From Octopus bimaculoides (lineage: Eukaryota): 45,666 nucleotides of DNA. The translations under genes and the position numbers were made by a program. The notes beneath the pieces are model-generated. The model had not been told where the DNA came from. It made no database searches and saw only the letters and a list, made by a program, of their open reading frames with translations. Positions 44,310 to 45,666 of this stretch are shown here, piece by piece. Within the stretch, counting starts at the first letter, position 1; each line of letters opens with the position of its first letter. The stretch covers positions 19,620,664 to 19,666,329 of the forward strand of contig NC_068996.1 in the NCBI RefSeq assembly GCF_001194135.2, given 5' to 3'.

Positions 44310-45226
44310 TTTGACGATATTTGTCTTCATCTATAGAAGTTCATGCTGGTGTTATGCCTAGGGTGTCATATATTTGGTTTTGCACATAGTATTGTTCTAG
44401 AGAATACTTAAGAAAACATAAGAAAATTATGAGTTTCATTTAAAATTTGAGATTACATAGACAGTATTTTACGTAGGATATGGGCAGTTCCCATGAGCAC
44501 TATCTTTTGAATTCCTACCATTTTGGGGTATCCTCGTATCCGAGTTAGGTAGCAATCAGCCCCTTTTGCTAGAATTCCTAGGGCACCTATGACAACAGGT
44601 ATTGTTTTAGTCTTCAGGTTCCACATTTTGCCAATATCTATTTCAAGATGTTTATACTTGCTCAGTTTTTGGTAGGTCTATTGGGACAACCATATCAATG
44701 AGGAGGCGTGATTTTTGTCTGCAGTCTGGCCTATTTTCATCTATCTTTCTGTTAGTTTGAATGGTGAAGTTCTAGAGCAGTGAGATGTGATCATTTTCAA
44801 GCACTGGAAGTGGTGTGTGTTTCCACCAGTTCTTATCATGGGCCAGGTCCAGGTTTTTGCAAATTACGCAGTGAATATATTTTGTAGCTCTATCATGCCT
44901 GTTAAGATACTCTGTAGGTGCAAGAAGACTGCACATGGAGACAACATGATCAATGGTTTCATTTTATTGTTGACATACACGACATGTTGGGCAGCTTCCA
45001 TTCTTTAATATGTTGGCCTGGTAGTTCATTGTAGGTAGGCATTGATCTTGGGCTGCTATGATAAACACTTCTGTTTCTGATTTTAAGCCAGAAACCATTA
45101 AGCATTGATGGATAAGGGCTTTGTCAACATCGACATTATTAGCTCTCTTTGGGTATTTTCCATGGATAGGTCTTTCTTGCCATTTATCAGTAAGAATATC
45201 TACGGCAGCAGTTTTAGCACGAGTTT

Positions 45227-45227
<1 letters not shown>
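44310..45227 (-). mobile_element. R4/Dong element 3' portion; its 5' end abuts (TAA)n
   Basis: KWQERPIHGKYP...SGLKSETEVFIIAAQDQCL...CRVCQQ knuckle, REL remnants, MGTAHILRKILSM*. Confidence 0.9.
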
Positions 45228-45303
<76 letters not shown>

Positions 45304-45666
45304 GTTCAGTAGTTTTATTTTTATAATGTGCTTTCACTTCACTACCGAGCGCAGCTCTGTGCGCCTTGGGTATGTGCTGTGGTTTGCTGTGGTGCTCTTA
45401 TGGTTACTGTATTCAAAGTATTTTGCGTAAGATGTGTGCTGTGCCTAGTAGTGCAATTTTCTGTATGTTATATATATTTGTAAGTCCTGGTGTTTTTGTT
45501 ATGTATTTGTTTGAATATATTTTATTATACCTAAGGCACCTACTATAATAGGAATTGTTTCTGTTTTTAGATTCCACATTCGAGTTACCTCTATTTCCAG
45601 GTCTTTGTATTTTGAAAGTTTTTCCATTTGTTTTAGAGAGACGTTGTCATCTGCTGGTATTGATAC
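45304..45666 (-). mobile_element. R4/Dong 3' end (runs off the window) tailing into the same (TAA)n
   Basis: Nearly identical to 21302-21609. Confidence 0.92.

Overview
AT-rich, repeat-saturated animal DNA from a short-read scaffold, with 18 N-gaps (about 6.5 kb), most of them next to microsatellites. The SINE, mariner, maT and R4/Dong repertoire points to an octopus (inference from repeat style, not from a database search). I found no supportable host protein-coding exon, and most ORF-track entries are microsatellite or N artefacts. Recognisable content: a D34D mariner and a D37D-type maT transposase remnant; three pieces of one Penelope-like (GIY-YIG) family; about ten R4/Dong-type LINE fragments, many stacked in (TAA)n; two L1/Tx1 remnants; one RTE and one CRE-like remnant; many tRNA-derived SINEs; a TA-flanked MITE in two copies; long inverted repeats; and a solitary 5S rRNA copy. 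The main finding is a dispersed ~330-345 bp repeat in three near-unit copies plus fragments. The copies start at different points in the unit, and two show terminal redundancy. Their three-copy consensus is a type I hammerhead ribozyme with a palindromic helix III (CCATCA-CTGACGA-GACC-loop-GGTC-GAAA-TCACGTGA-TC/TGGTGG), which fits a retrozyme-like, probably circRNA-forming family. Each individual copy here is mutated. Several other degenerate hammerhead-like motifs and one pre-miRNA-like hairpin were also seen.
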